A stretch of 35,248 nucleotides of DNA from IMG/VR virus record IMGVR_UViG_3300044606_000228, positions 1-35,248 of that record; one strand, 5' to 3'. How positions within the stretch are numbered: position 1 is the stretch's first letter; each line of letters begins with the position of its first letter. A model generated the notes under the pieces. That model did no database searches and had not been told where the DNA came from. It saw only the letters and a list, made by a program, of their open reading frames with translations. Of this stretch, positions 25,457-32,653 are shown piece after piece. The stretch is from a virus (taxonomy: Duplodnaviria; Caudoviricetes). Made by a program: the position numbers and the translations under genes.

Positions 25457-26135
25457 TACTGATTAGCCTCAAAAAATGCTTTTGCAAAATAGGGGGGGTA
25501 ATATATCTTAGCATCTGCCTGTTTTTGGTATCCCTGAAAGTAATATCTGCTATTGATTTCAGCGCTGTAGTCTTTACCCCGAATTTTATATTATCAACCG
25601 GCTTTATATTATTTGTCTTTACCGGTACGTCAAAATTTCCCCAGAGATAAGTTTGCTTTGTATACATATCTCCGAATTCATAAGGATGAAAAACAAATAC
25701 AGGCTTGCCGATGAAATACTTAAGGAAGCCGTTCGGATTCTCAAGTGACCAGAACCTCAGAGAAGTTTTATAACCGTGCTTTTGCTGACAATAACTAAAC
25801 TGGCAGGCCCATATAATTCTAAGGCATGCTTCAACTGTAATCATCCCTTCTTTGAGATTTCTTTTCCTTATCGCATTGGCTCTGGCAAAGCTAAACATTG
25901 TGCACGGCGGGGCTGCTAATATTCCGTATACACTTTCATATGAAATGACTAAATCATGTGTTAGTAACGTTTGATGTTTGAATATCATATAGTCGGGATA
26001 AAAAACAACATTTGTAACAGAATAGTCCGGCAGTGTTATTACAATTACCTGATACCCGGCCTTTTTATAGGGCTTGCTCCATGAGCCTGTCCCGCCGCAT
26101 AAATCGAGAATAATTTTTTTTGAGTTATCAGGCAT
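25446..26135 (-). CDS. DNA (cytosine-5) methyltransferase; C-terminus apparently frameshifted at a G7 tract
   Basis: ILDLCGGTGSWS, AAPPCT.FS, LENP, YTK.T.LWG.F; start revised to MPDNSK. Confidence 0.85.
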   Translation of the reverse strand: MPDNSKKIILDLCGGTGSWSKPYKKAGYQVIVITLPDYSVTNVVFYPDYMIFKHQTLLTHDLVISYESVYGILAAPPCTMFSFARANAIRKRNLKEGMITVEACLRIIWACQFSYCQQKHGYKTSLRFWSLENPNGFLKYFIGKPVFVFHPYEFGDMYTKQTYLWGNFDVPVKTNNIKPVDNIKFGVKTTALKSIADITFRDTKNRQMLRYITPPILQKHFLRLISNGC

Positions 26136-26331
26136 TTTGAAACAACCCCGGTTGTACATTAACATCTCTCTCGTAATCCTCTTTTGTGATCCATTTATGC
26201 CCGCACTGCAAGCATACCTTATAACGATAGACAATATTAGTCCTTGATACCCTGTCAGTCTTATAAGTCTTGACAGGCCAGGGCACCTCATCAGTACGTT
26301 TGAATTTTTTATTTTTACATTTGGGGCACAT
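26128..26331 (-). CDS. Zinc-ribbon protein (NrdR-N/Ogr-like), possible transcription regulator
   Basis: MCPKC...RYKVCLQCGHKWIT.E. Confidence 0.65.
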   Translation of the reverse strand: MCPKCKNKKFKRTDEVPWPVKTYKTDRVSRTNIVYRYKVCLQCGHKWITKEDYERDVNVQPGLFQNA

Positions 26332-26645
26332 TATTTATTTAATTCCCTGCGTCTCTTAAATCTTTTAGCCAGAGAAGGAAATAAGCCTCCGACAATTGCT
26401 AACTGATGTCCGTAATCTATCAATGCGATTTCCAAACAATCTCTTTCTGTATAACCTATTTTCTGAAGGTCAAAGATGCTTCTTAAATGATAATCAGTTG
26501 ATATCATTAGCTTTATTAAATCAGCTCTTTCCTTTCTTGACATAGTATGAGGATATTTTCCATAAATTATCTCAGCAAACTTGGGATCATCTTTTGCATA
26601 CTCTCTAAATTTTAATACAGGATCTATGTCTTTCTTTTTTGCCAT
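26331..26645 (-). CDS. Hypothetical protein (start revised to MAKKKDIDP)
   Basis: The upstream extension in the track overlaps the ATPase gene and two repeats. Confidence 0.6.
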   Translation of the reverse strand: MAKKKDIDPVLKFREYAKDDPKFAEIIYGKYPHTMSRKERADLIKLMISTDYHLRSIFDLQKIGYTERDCLEIALIDYGHQLAIVGGLFPSLAKRFKRRRELNK

Positions 26646-26673
26646 TATTTTATTTGCCTTTTGCTTTGACTGC

Positions 26674-26700
26674 GTACGGGCGAAAGATTTTTCGCCCCTA
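26674..26700 (+). repeat. Family A palindrome
   Basis: gtacgggcgaaagatttttcgccccta; contains the TAG stop of the ATPase gene. Confidence 0.9.
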
Positions 26701-27684
26701 TGATACTTTCTTAAATAAATTTTGCTGTTCCTGCCTGCCTGTCCGGCAGGCAGGTTTCCCATTCACAGCACTTAACAAAAGCTCTCTTATCTGCTTTATC
26801 TTCTGCTCATCTTTTATCCCGCTGTTAATAGCAGTGTAAACAGTTGAATTAGGTATACCGGTTTTCTTTTCAATATCTCTGGTACTCATTCCGCTGGCAT
26901 CATATAGCTCCTTAAGGGTAGGATTAACAACATCAGTATCAATCTGTTTATAACCGACTTTCTTTGCATCTTTCATTTTATCTCTTACGTACTGGATCAT
27001 CTGAAGAGGCTGCTTATTAACAAGAGCAATAGTCCGGCGTGCCGGGGCTGAAATAGCTTCACCAAATACAAGTCTGAGGAAAGCAACTCGTTCCTCAAAG
27101 GTCATCCATCCGCTTTCTTCATCAAGAGATACTTTACAGGTTCTCCAGCTGACTTCCTTACGCTTGCTTACCTTCTCCATCATCTCCCACTGTCCGATTA
27201 AAACAACGGAGAACAAAGGCCATACACCAGCAAAACGGGCTTCTCTTAAAGTCTTAAGCGCTTTGAATGTATGCTTATTAAGCAGGTGAGCATCTTCGAT
27301 AACTATACATATGTTTGTTCCTTTTTCAACATGCTCTTTACCAACAATACGGACAAACTGGCGGCTCCTGGCTTCCAGGTCACGCTTTGGCCCTTCCGCT
27401 GACAGCTCATATATACAGGCATTTATAATACTGCTTATAGTACACTTCTCAACATCAAGGTTAACAACCCGGACAAACTTGTTTCCATTTTTCAGATACT
27501 GTTCTGCAGCTTCAAACAAAAATGTTTTTCCGCTGCCAAATTCACCCGGTATAAGAAGCATCTGGTTATTAACTATGGCATCAACAATATCATCCCTGAA
27601 GTCGATAAAAGTTTTATTGTGGTACAGGCCCAAAGAACTCAGGCCGAAATAATTAAGAAGCGATTTGTGAATAAGATTTATCAT
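26698..27684 (-). CDS. Transposition AAA+ ATPase (MuB/ExeA-like) with C-terminal HTH
   Basis: Walker A GEFGSGKT, Walker B IVIEDAH, VLIGQ; MSTRDIEKKTGIPNSTVY HTH. Confidence 0.88.
   Translation of the reverse strand: MINLIHKSLLNYFGLSSLGLYHNKTFIDFRDDIVDAIVNNQMLLIPGEFGSGKTFLFEAAEQYLKNGNKFVRVVNLDVEKCTISSIINACIYELSAEGPKRDLEARSRQFVRIVGKEHVEKGTNICIVIEDAHLLNKHTFKALKTLREARFAGVWPLFSVVLIGQWEMMEKVSKRKEVSWRTCKVSLDEESGWMTFEERVAFLRLVFGEAISAPARRTIALVNKQPLQMIQYVRDKMKDAKKVGYKQIDTDVVNPTLKELYDASGMSTRDIEKKTGIPNSTVYTAINSGIKDEQKIKQIRELLLSAVNGKPACRTGRQEQQNLFKKVS
26734..26754. repeat. Family B 21-bp palindrome, in-frame
   Basis: cctgcctgtccggcaggcagg; adds PACRTGR to the ATPase tail. Confidence 0.9.
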
Positions 27685-27701
27685 GGCACTCTCCTTTAGG
27701 T

Positions 27702-27914
27702 TTAAGCCCCGATTATTTTGATAAATTCAACCTGGAACACCGGTAGCACTGTTTTTAAGTTGCTATAGCTTAGCACCTCAACGCATATATGATATGCATT
27801 AAACAGCTGCTGAAGTTTCAGATTGTCAGAAGAAAATCTTCCTTTTGCCCACTTTGCATAATACTCTTCAAACTGTTCTTTTCTGATTGAGATATTTCTA
27901 TATGCTTCAGGCAT
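27702..27914 (-). CDS. Hypothetical protein
   Basis: Coupled to the upstream stop; fills the operon. Confidence 0.55.
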   Translation of the reverse strand: MPEAYRNISIRKEQFEEYYAKWAKGRFSSDNLKLQQLFNAYHICVEVLSYSNLKTVLPVFQVEFIKIIGA

Positions 27915-28552
27915 TAGTCTACCTCAAGAGAAGAGAAATTAAGATCTACAGTTTCCCACTTATCCTTTATTGATGGCCTTCTTTGCAGCCTTAAATATTG
28001 CCTCTTACCGACAATAATTTCAGCCTCATTAAGCAGTTCCATCGCTTCCTGCCATTCTGTATCATTTATTTCATACTGCTTTAATGCTCTCAGCTCAGTT
28101 ATATTAACATACCCTTCTTTATTGGTCTTAAAGAGTTCATCAACTACTGTCTTAAGGTATGGATGAGCCCCTTCTCCCCAGCGGGCAAAACAGCTTTTTA
28201 TTTTTGCTTCAGCTATCTGCCTTTTATCATCAAGCTGAACTATGTCAGCTGATGAGATAATAACTTTTTCAGTGTTGCTGTAGTTAGTCAGGGTAAGATT
28301 ATTTAAGTCACCTATATCGGTCTTATGAGCTTTAGCCAGATAGTTTTTATAAGTGTCTGTTTTGGCCATTACCTTGCCTTTAACTCTCACAAGTTTCCCC
28401 TGCATATCATCAACCATCTTGAAAATGTCACTGACTATCTTATCCTTTTTAAGATGATCTTTTCTAATCATCTCAACAGGGACTTCTTTCCCGCGGCTGT
28501 TAATCATCTTAATGCCGCTTAATTCTTTTTTTACTCTTTTCTTCTTAGCCAT
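27914..28552 (-). CDS. DUF3164 family protein of transposable phages
   Basis: NLTLTNYS..K.I...D...LD....IA..KI..C..W and L..Y.I.D.EWQEAM..L.EA....K.Y; start revised to MAKKKR. Confidence 0.8.
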   Translation of the reverse strand: MAKKKRVKKELSGIKMINSRGKEVPVEMIRKDHLKKDKIVSDIFKMVDDMQGKLVRVKGKVMAKTDTYKNYLAKAHKTDIGDLNNLTLTNYSNTEKVIISSADIVQLDDKRQIAEAKIKSCFARWGEGAHPYLKTVVDELFKTNKEGYVNITELRALKQYEINDTEWQEAMELLNEAEIIVGKRQYLRLQRRPSIKDKWETVDLNFSSLEVD

Positions 28553-28636
28553 TACAGACCTCTGATTCAACTGATTTTTTTGATTCCTCTGGAATGATTG
28601 CTGACTCAGCTTCTATTTCAGTTTGAAGCAAATACT
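28545..28636. repeat. Imperfect direct repeat copy 1 (contains a family G array)
   Basis: Aligns with 28834..28931; GATT at 28564, 28573, 28582. Confidence 0.8.
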
Positions 28637-28841
28637 CTCTCTCTTTTATTCCAATTATTGTAAGACTTTTTATTACCACCTGGTTTGTGCCTTCAAACTG
28701 GCATAATTCCTTTCTTAACTTCTGCAAGTCATTATCAGAAGTCATTTCATCCGCTTCAACAGAGGAGTCTGTTGAACACACAATTTTTTCTCCATCCATC
28801 ACATCGTAAAAAATATGATACAAGCATTTCCTCCTATCCAT
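28545..28841 (-). CDS. Hypothetical protein (start revised to MDRRKC)
   Basis: ATG overlaps the end of the upstream gene; C-terminus duplicated from 28834..29115. Confidence 0.6.
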   Translation of the reverse strand: MDRRKCLYHIFYDVMDGEKIVCSTDSSVEADEMTSDNDLQKLRKELCQFEGTNQVVIKSLTIIGIKEREYLLQTEIEAESAIIPEESKKSVESEVCNG

Positions 28842-28931
28842 CACAGACCTCTGATTTAACTGATTCTTTTGATTCCGCTGATTCATGAACAATTCCTGAT
28901 TCCCTTTCAATTTCAGTTTCAAGTAAATACT
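28834..28931. repeat. Imperfect direct repeat copy 2 (contains a family G array)
   Basis: GATT at 28853, 28862, 28871, 28880. Confidence 0.8.
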
Positions 28932-29115
28932 TTCGCAGGCCGCATAACTCCCTGTATTTACTTCCGAGTGCATTGTATTCAGCCTCAGAGACTGAAAGAT
29001 CTATAGCTCCCTTATAAATCTTCTGTGCATGAAGATCCACAGCTACATAATCGTTTTCCGCTTCCGGGAAAAGCTGCCTGCTTTCTTCAAGTAACTTTTT
29101 TTGTACTTCGTCCAT
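28834..29115 (-). CDS. Hypothetical protein
   Basis: AGGAGG SD; first gene after the transposase. Confidence 0.7.
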   Translation of the reverse strand: MDEVQKKLLEESRQLFPEAENDYVAVDLHAQKIYKGAIDLSVSEAEYNALGSKYRELCGLRKYLLETEIERESGIVHESAESKESVKSEVCDG

Positions 29116-29142
29116 TTTTCCTCCTACTTATTTTTTTCTAAG

Positions 29143-29180
29143 ACCCTCTCCTTACTAAGGAGAGGGCAGGGTGAGGTCAC
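29143..29180 (+). repeat. Family C repeat
   Basis: accctctccttactaaggagagggcagggtgaggtcac; contains the TGA stop of the transposase. Confidence 0.9.
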
Positions 29181-30784
29181 CCCACGGCCACTTGTTTATT
29201 TTTTACCCCGCTTATTACAGCATCAATATCAGCCCGCTTCAGCGTATCAACCAGCAGCGGATCAAATATCTCAGCGTAATCTGCGTAACTGGCATTCCTG
29301 CCAAACTGCTCTGCTATATATTTTTTAGCAGCAAACTCTGAAGCGAATACTTCAGGAACATTGTCTGCATAAACAGCAGTATCAAATTTGTTTTCTACTT
29401 CAATTTCTCTTTTCCGTACCGGCAGGTAACTAACCTGTCCCCCTTCGATGGAAGGGGGTGGATTTCCGCCTGCGGAAATCCGGGGGATTGACTGTTTAAC
29501 ATCATTCTCAATCTGCTGCCTGAATGTCGGAGCTTCACGATGTGAGAAATCGCCCAGGCTTACATACCCATCCACAGGAGGCATAATAACAGGCCTGCCC
29601 GGCTCTTCTATCAGCTCGGCGACAACTTCACCGTTAAGATTTATCCACGCGCTTACCTGCTTGCCCTGGAACTGGCGCGGTGCCTGGTACTTCTGATTTT
29701 TGATAGTGATACATAAATCATCTCCTACAAGCCTTGTATAAGGCCGTGTAAGAAGTTCTTTCATATCAACACTTATTATGCGCTGCTCACGTGCAGCAAT
29801 GGATGTTCTGTAAGCATGCCCGCGTGTTATAGATTTACGTTTACCCGGAACATTCCAGTCAAGAAGCTTTATATGAAACTCATGTGCAAGCTCGTTAAAG
29901 TCTGCCAGGTGAATTGTAAAGCCTTCCTTCCTGTTAACCAGCAGCGGAAGTTCAAACCTTCGCCATAGCAGCTTCCATGCGCTTTCTCTTTTTTGTATAC
30001 CTCTTTTTTTCAAAGGCGTGCTAAGCTCTGATTTTACATTCAATTTTTGCAGTAACATTTTAACGGTTTGATTTTTAATAAAAGCCCCGTTGTCTGTCTT
30101 AAGCACTTCAGGCAGGTAAATCATAGGATGCAGATCATCAACACGTGTATAAGCGAAGTTCAGAAAATCAATTCCGATTAATACAGATTCGCCCGTAGCT
30201 ACATAACATTGAGCAAGACTAACCCGGCTGTATGCATCTGTAACCCCGGCCCACCAGGTGCGAAGCATTGAATCATTTTCTTTATAAGCCAAATGCTTTG
30301 ATGTTGCCTTTAATAGGTAGTCACCTTTTACTTTATCGAACTTCCAGCACTGGAAATATTTACTACGCGAAAAATCTAATTGATGCTGCTGGTTAGCATA
30401 CCGGGCCTCCACCCTGACTATCACATCTTTGTCACGGAAGCCCAGCTCATTCATCCTTCTGTTAACGGTACTGACGGTGAGGAACTCCGCCTCTTTGTAC
30501 CCTTCGTTTATCAATATCTCGATACACAAATCAGTAGCAAGCTCACGGCCCGATAAACCCTGGTAACCGTACATCTTCATCTTAATAATTTTCATAATCA
30601 GAAAATTTTCAGGATCTACCTTATGCGGCCTTGCAACTGTTTTTTTCTTGCCATATGTTTTTGCAAGCTCTCTCATAATTGTAGCTTTACTGCAATTATA
30701 AACGTTCATATAATGCTCTATTACCCGCGTTTTAGCTCCGTGGGGAGCGGCACTCCAATTGTTATACATTTCAACTTTATCCAT
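29177..30784 (-). CDS. DDE transposase (MuA-like, integrase core)
   Basis: HQLDFS, VTDAYSR, KTDNGAF, KRESAW; N-terminal HTH; adjacent AAA ATPase. Confidence 0.88.
   Translation of the reverse strand: MDKVEMYNNWSAAPHGAKTRVIEHYMNVYNCSKATIMRELAKTYGKKKTVARPHKVDPENFLIMKIIKMKMYGYQGLSGRELATDLCIEILINEGYKEAEFLTVSTVNRRMNELGFRDKDVIVRVEARYANQQHQLDFSRSKYFQCWKFDKVKGDYLLKATSKHLAYKENDSMLRTWWAGVTDAYSRVSLAQCYVATGESVLIGIDFLNFAYTRVDDLHPMIYLPEVLKTDNGAFIKNQTVKMLLQKLNVKSELSTPLKKRGIQKRESAWKLLWRRFELPLLVNRKEGFTIHLADFNELAHEFHIKLLDWNVPGKRKSITRGHAYRTSIAAREQRIISVDMKELLTRPYTRLVGDDLCITIKNQKYQAPRQFQGKQVSAWINLNGEVVAELIEEPGRPVIMPPVDGYVSLGDFSHREAPTFRQQIENDVKQSIPRISAGGNPPPSIEGGQVSYLPVRKREIEVENKFDTAVYADNVPEVFASEFAAKKYIAEQFGRNASYADYAEIFDPLLVDTLKRADIDAVISGVKNKQVAVG
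29437..29489 (+). repeat. Family D double-hairpin repeat, in-frame
   Basis: gtcccccttcgatggaagggggt-ggatttccgcctgcggaaatcc-gggggatt; encodes IPRISAGGNPPPSIEGGQ. Confidence 0.88.
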
Positions 30785-30795
30785 TTTTGCCTTTC

Positions 30796-30820
30796 GTATG
30801 GGCGAAAAATCTTTCGCCCT
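30796..30820 (+). repeat. Family A palindrome
   Basis: gtatgggcgaaaaatctttcgccct, about 12 bp upstream of the transposase start. Confidence 0.85.
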
Positions 30821-30933
30821 GCCCTTACGCTGCCTGTGGTTTAGTTTTAGGAGTTCTTATGTTTACAACATTAGATTTACGCATATGCCCGCCATCAGTA
30901 GGAGCAGCAGCACAAGCGCCTTTCCATACAATA

Positions 30934-31545
30934 TCATCCCTTACAGTTAGCCCGCTTTTCAATTTTATTTCTTTGTAGCTTTTCATATAAATCCTTTAAT
31001 TGCCGGTTAGTCATATTATTTAATTCTCTATAAATGTCCCCCTTTTCTAAAGGGGGTGTCCCGGACGGGACAGGGGATTTCAGTGAGCACGCTAATACTT
31101 TCGTCATGCCAGTTATTACCTTCGTTGCCTGGTAATTCATCAGCATTTGAATAGCTCTAAGCTCCCCTGTTTGCCTGTATAAAAAACCACTAAGCCTCAT
31201 AGTATCCCAGTTAAGGAGTAATCTCAATATCTCAATTCTATCCGCCTGCTCATCAGTTAAATTTTTCTTAGTAATATCATTCCTTTCACCAGTCCCATAC
31301 ACTTTGACAGTCTCCCCTTTAAGGGGAGTGCCCGCAGGGCGAGGGGTGTATTGTTTTCTTGCAGCATCAACCCTTACAAGCGTTGAAAGCTTAGTAATAA
31401 AATCTCCTGCCTGGCCAAAGCTTAACTTTTTACTCGTAACAACTCCGTAACCGTCAAGCATCTCACGATACTCCTTATCATCAATACCCAGCGTAGTAAC
31501 AAGAGTATGAATCGCCTTTACCTGGTTACCATTAGCAAGCTTCAT
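30934..31545 (-). CDS. gemA: Regulatory protein GemA-like (Mu gp16 / DUF1018)
   Basis: QVKAIH.L...LGIDD.EYR.ML..YGV.TSK.LS..QA..FI..L; L...QATKVI.GM. Confidence 0.78.
   Translation of the reverse strand: MKLANGNQVKAIHTLVTTLGIDDKEYREMLDGYGVVTSKKLSFGQAGDFITKLSTLVRVDAARKQYTPRPAGTPLKGETVKVYGTGERNDITKKNLTDEQADRIEILRLLLNWDTMRLSGFLYRQTGELRAIQMLMNYQATKVITGMTKVLACSLKSPVPSGTPPLEKGDIYRELNNMTNRQLKDLYEKLQRNKIEKRANCKG
31036..31079 (+). repeat. Family D double-hairpin repeat, in-frame
   Basis: gtcccccttttctaaaggggg-tgtcccggacgggaca-ggggatt; encodes SPVPSGTPPLEKGD. Confidence 0.88.
31309..31349 (+). repeat. Family E double-hairpin repeat, in-frame
   Basis: agtctcccctttaaggggagt-gcccgcagggc-gaggggtgt; encodes TPRPAGTPLKGET. 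Confidence 0.9.
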
Positions 31546-31546
31546 C

Positions 31547-32653
31547 CTATGCCTCAGCCAGTATTTCGCTGTAATGATTGCTCAGTATGTTATGCACCTC
31601 ATCAATCTTTTGAATTGTGTTAATCAGGTCAGTCCTTAATCCTTGAGGATCTGAGAAAAGCACACCAGCCTTAACGATAGCCAGGTTAACCTCGTTAAGC
31701 AGCTTCTGTGCAATAGCAAGATGCTCAGCCTTATCTTTCAGCTTAGTAGCATTAGGCCCGTATATAGCAAGGTCAACTTTAAGATCATCAACTTTATTCT
31801 TATTATCATCGCGTTCCCGGGCAAGAGTTTTCCTCTCTTCTTTCAGCAGTTTATTTTCCTCAGTTAACTGGTTGACCTTAGCAGAATATTCCTTTTTGAA
31901 TGCTGCTATTTTTTTCTGAGCTTCTTTATCAGTCACATCAACGAGCGCCTGTATATCAAGAGTATCTCCTTCTGCATTTTTTATTTTGCCCTTTTTCATT
32001 AGTTCAGCCAGCTTATTATCTTCAAGTGTTGAAAGTTCATAAAGCTTAGAAATACTCAAGCCGGCAACATTTTCTATCTCTTCTTCATTTAGTCCACTCA
32101 AGTGGACTGCCCCATTTTCTATTGCTAATGGTTTATAATTGTCACCTGCCAATAACTTAGTAGCTGATTCATATTTTGTAGCGATAGCATAATATTTATA
32201 TGCCTGGCTTCTTCCCATTGGCAGCATCGTAGCAATATACTCTTCACGGCCCTGGCAGCCCAGCGCAAGATACAGGCGCTCATCAAACATTTTCTTTATG
32301 GCAGTAGCAGTAACAAAAGAACTCATTAGCACCTGCTGATGCACATAGGCTGCCATCCGTTGATTTTCGGGAGAGATTTCTACCCACTTTTTTTCTTCAT
32401 CATCATATACATTCAGAATGTGGGTTTCTTTTAAATCGGGTACTGACTTAGCAATTTCCTTTTTTGGCATAACAACCTCTTTTTTAATATTTAATTTTTC
32501 TTCAATCTCGTTTATTTCTCTATTTAAACTTTCAATCTCAATCTCTGAACCCTCACTATGCTTAAGCTTCAGTACTTCAACCCTGTTTTTGCAAAACGAT
32601 AACCTCATCTGTATCTTAATAACAGGATCTATATGTGTTAATCTTCTTATCAT
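31547..32653 (-). CDS. DUF3102-like HTH/coiled-coil protein; likely internal start at 32470
   Basis: EEYI..ML.MGRSQAYKYYAIA and LSISKLYEL motifs; GAGG before ATG 32470. Confidence 0.55.
   Translation of the reverse strand: MIRRLTHIDPVIKIQMRLSFCKNRVEVLKLKHSEGSEIEIESLNREINEIEEKLNIKKEVVMPKKEIAKSVPDLKETHILNVYDDEEKKWVEISPENQRMAAYVHQQVLMSSFVTATAIKKMFDERLYLALGCQGREEYIATMLPMGRSQAYKYYAIATKYESATKLLAGDNYKPLAIENGAVHLSGLNEEEIENVAGLSISKLYELSTLEDNKLAELMKKGKIKNAEGDTLDIQALVDVTDKEAQKKIAAFKKEYSAKVNQLTEENKLLKEERKTLARERDDNKNKVDDLKVDLAIYGPNATKLKDKAEHLAIAQKLLNEVNLAIVKAGVLFSDPQGLRTDLINTIQKIDEVHNILSNHYSEILAEA

Noticed and set aside
5742-30820. Family A repeats as a CRISPR array or integron attC sites
   Set aside because: Dispersed over 25 kb in both orientations with no regular spacers; no cas or integron integrase gene
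30863-30937. 24-aa hydrophobic ORF MILYGKALVLLLLLMAGICVNLML between gemA and the transposase
   Set aside because: Plausible (ATGA overlap) but too short to support without homologues
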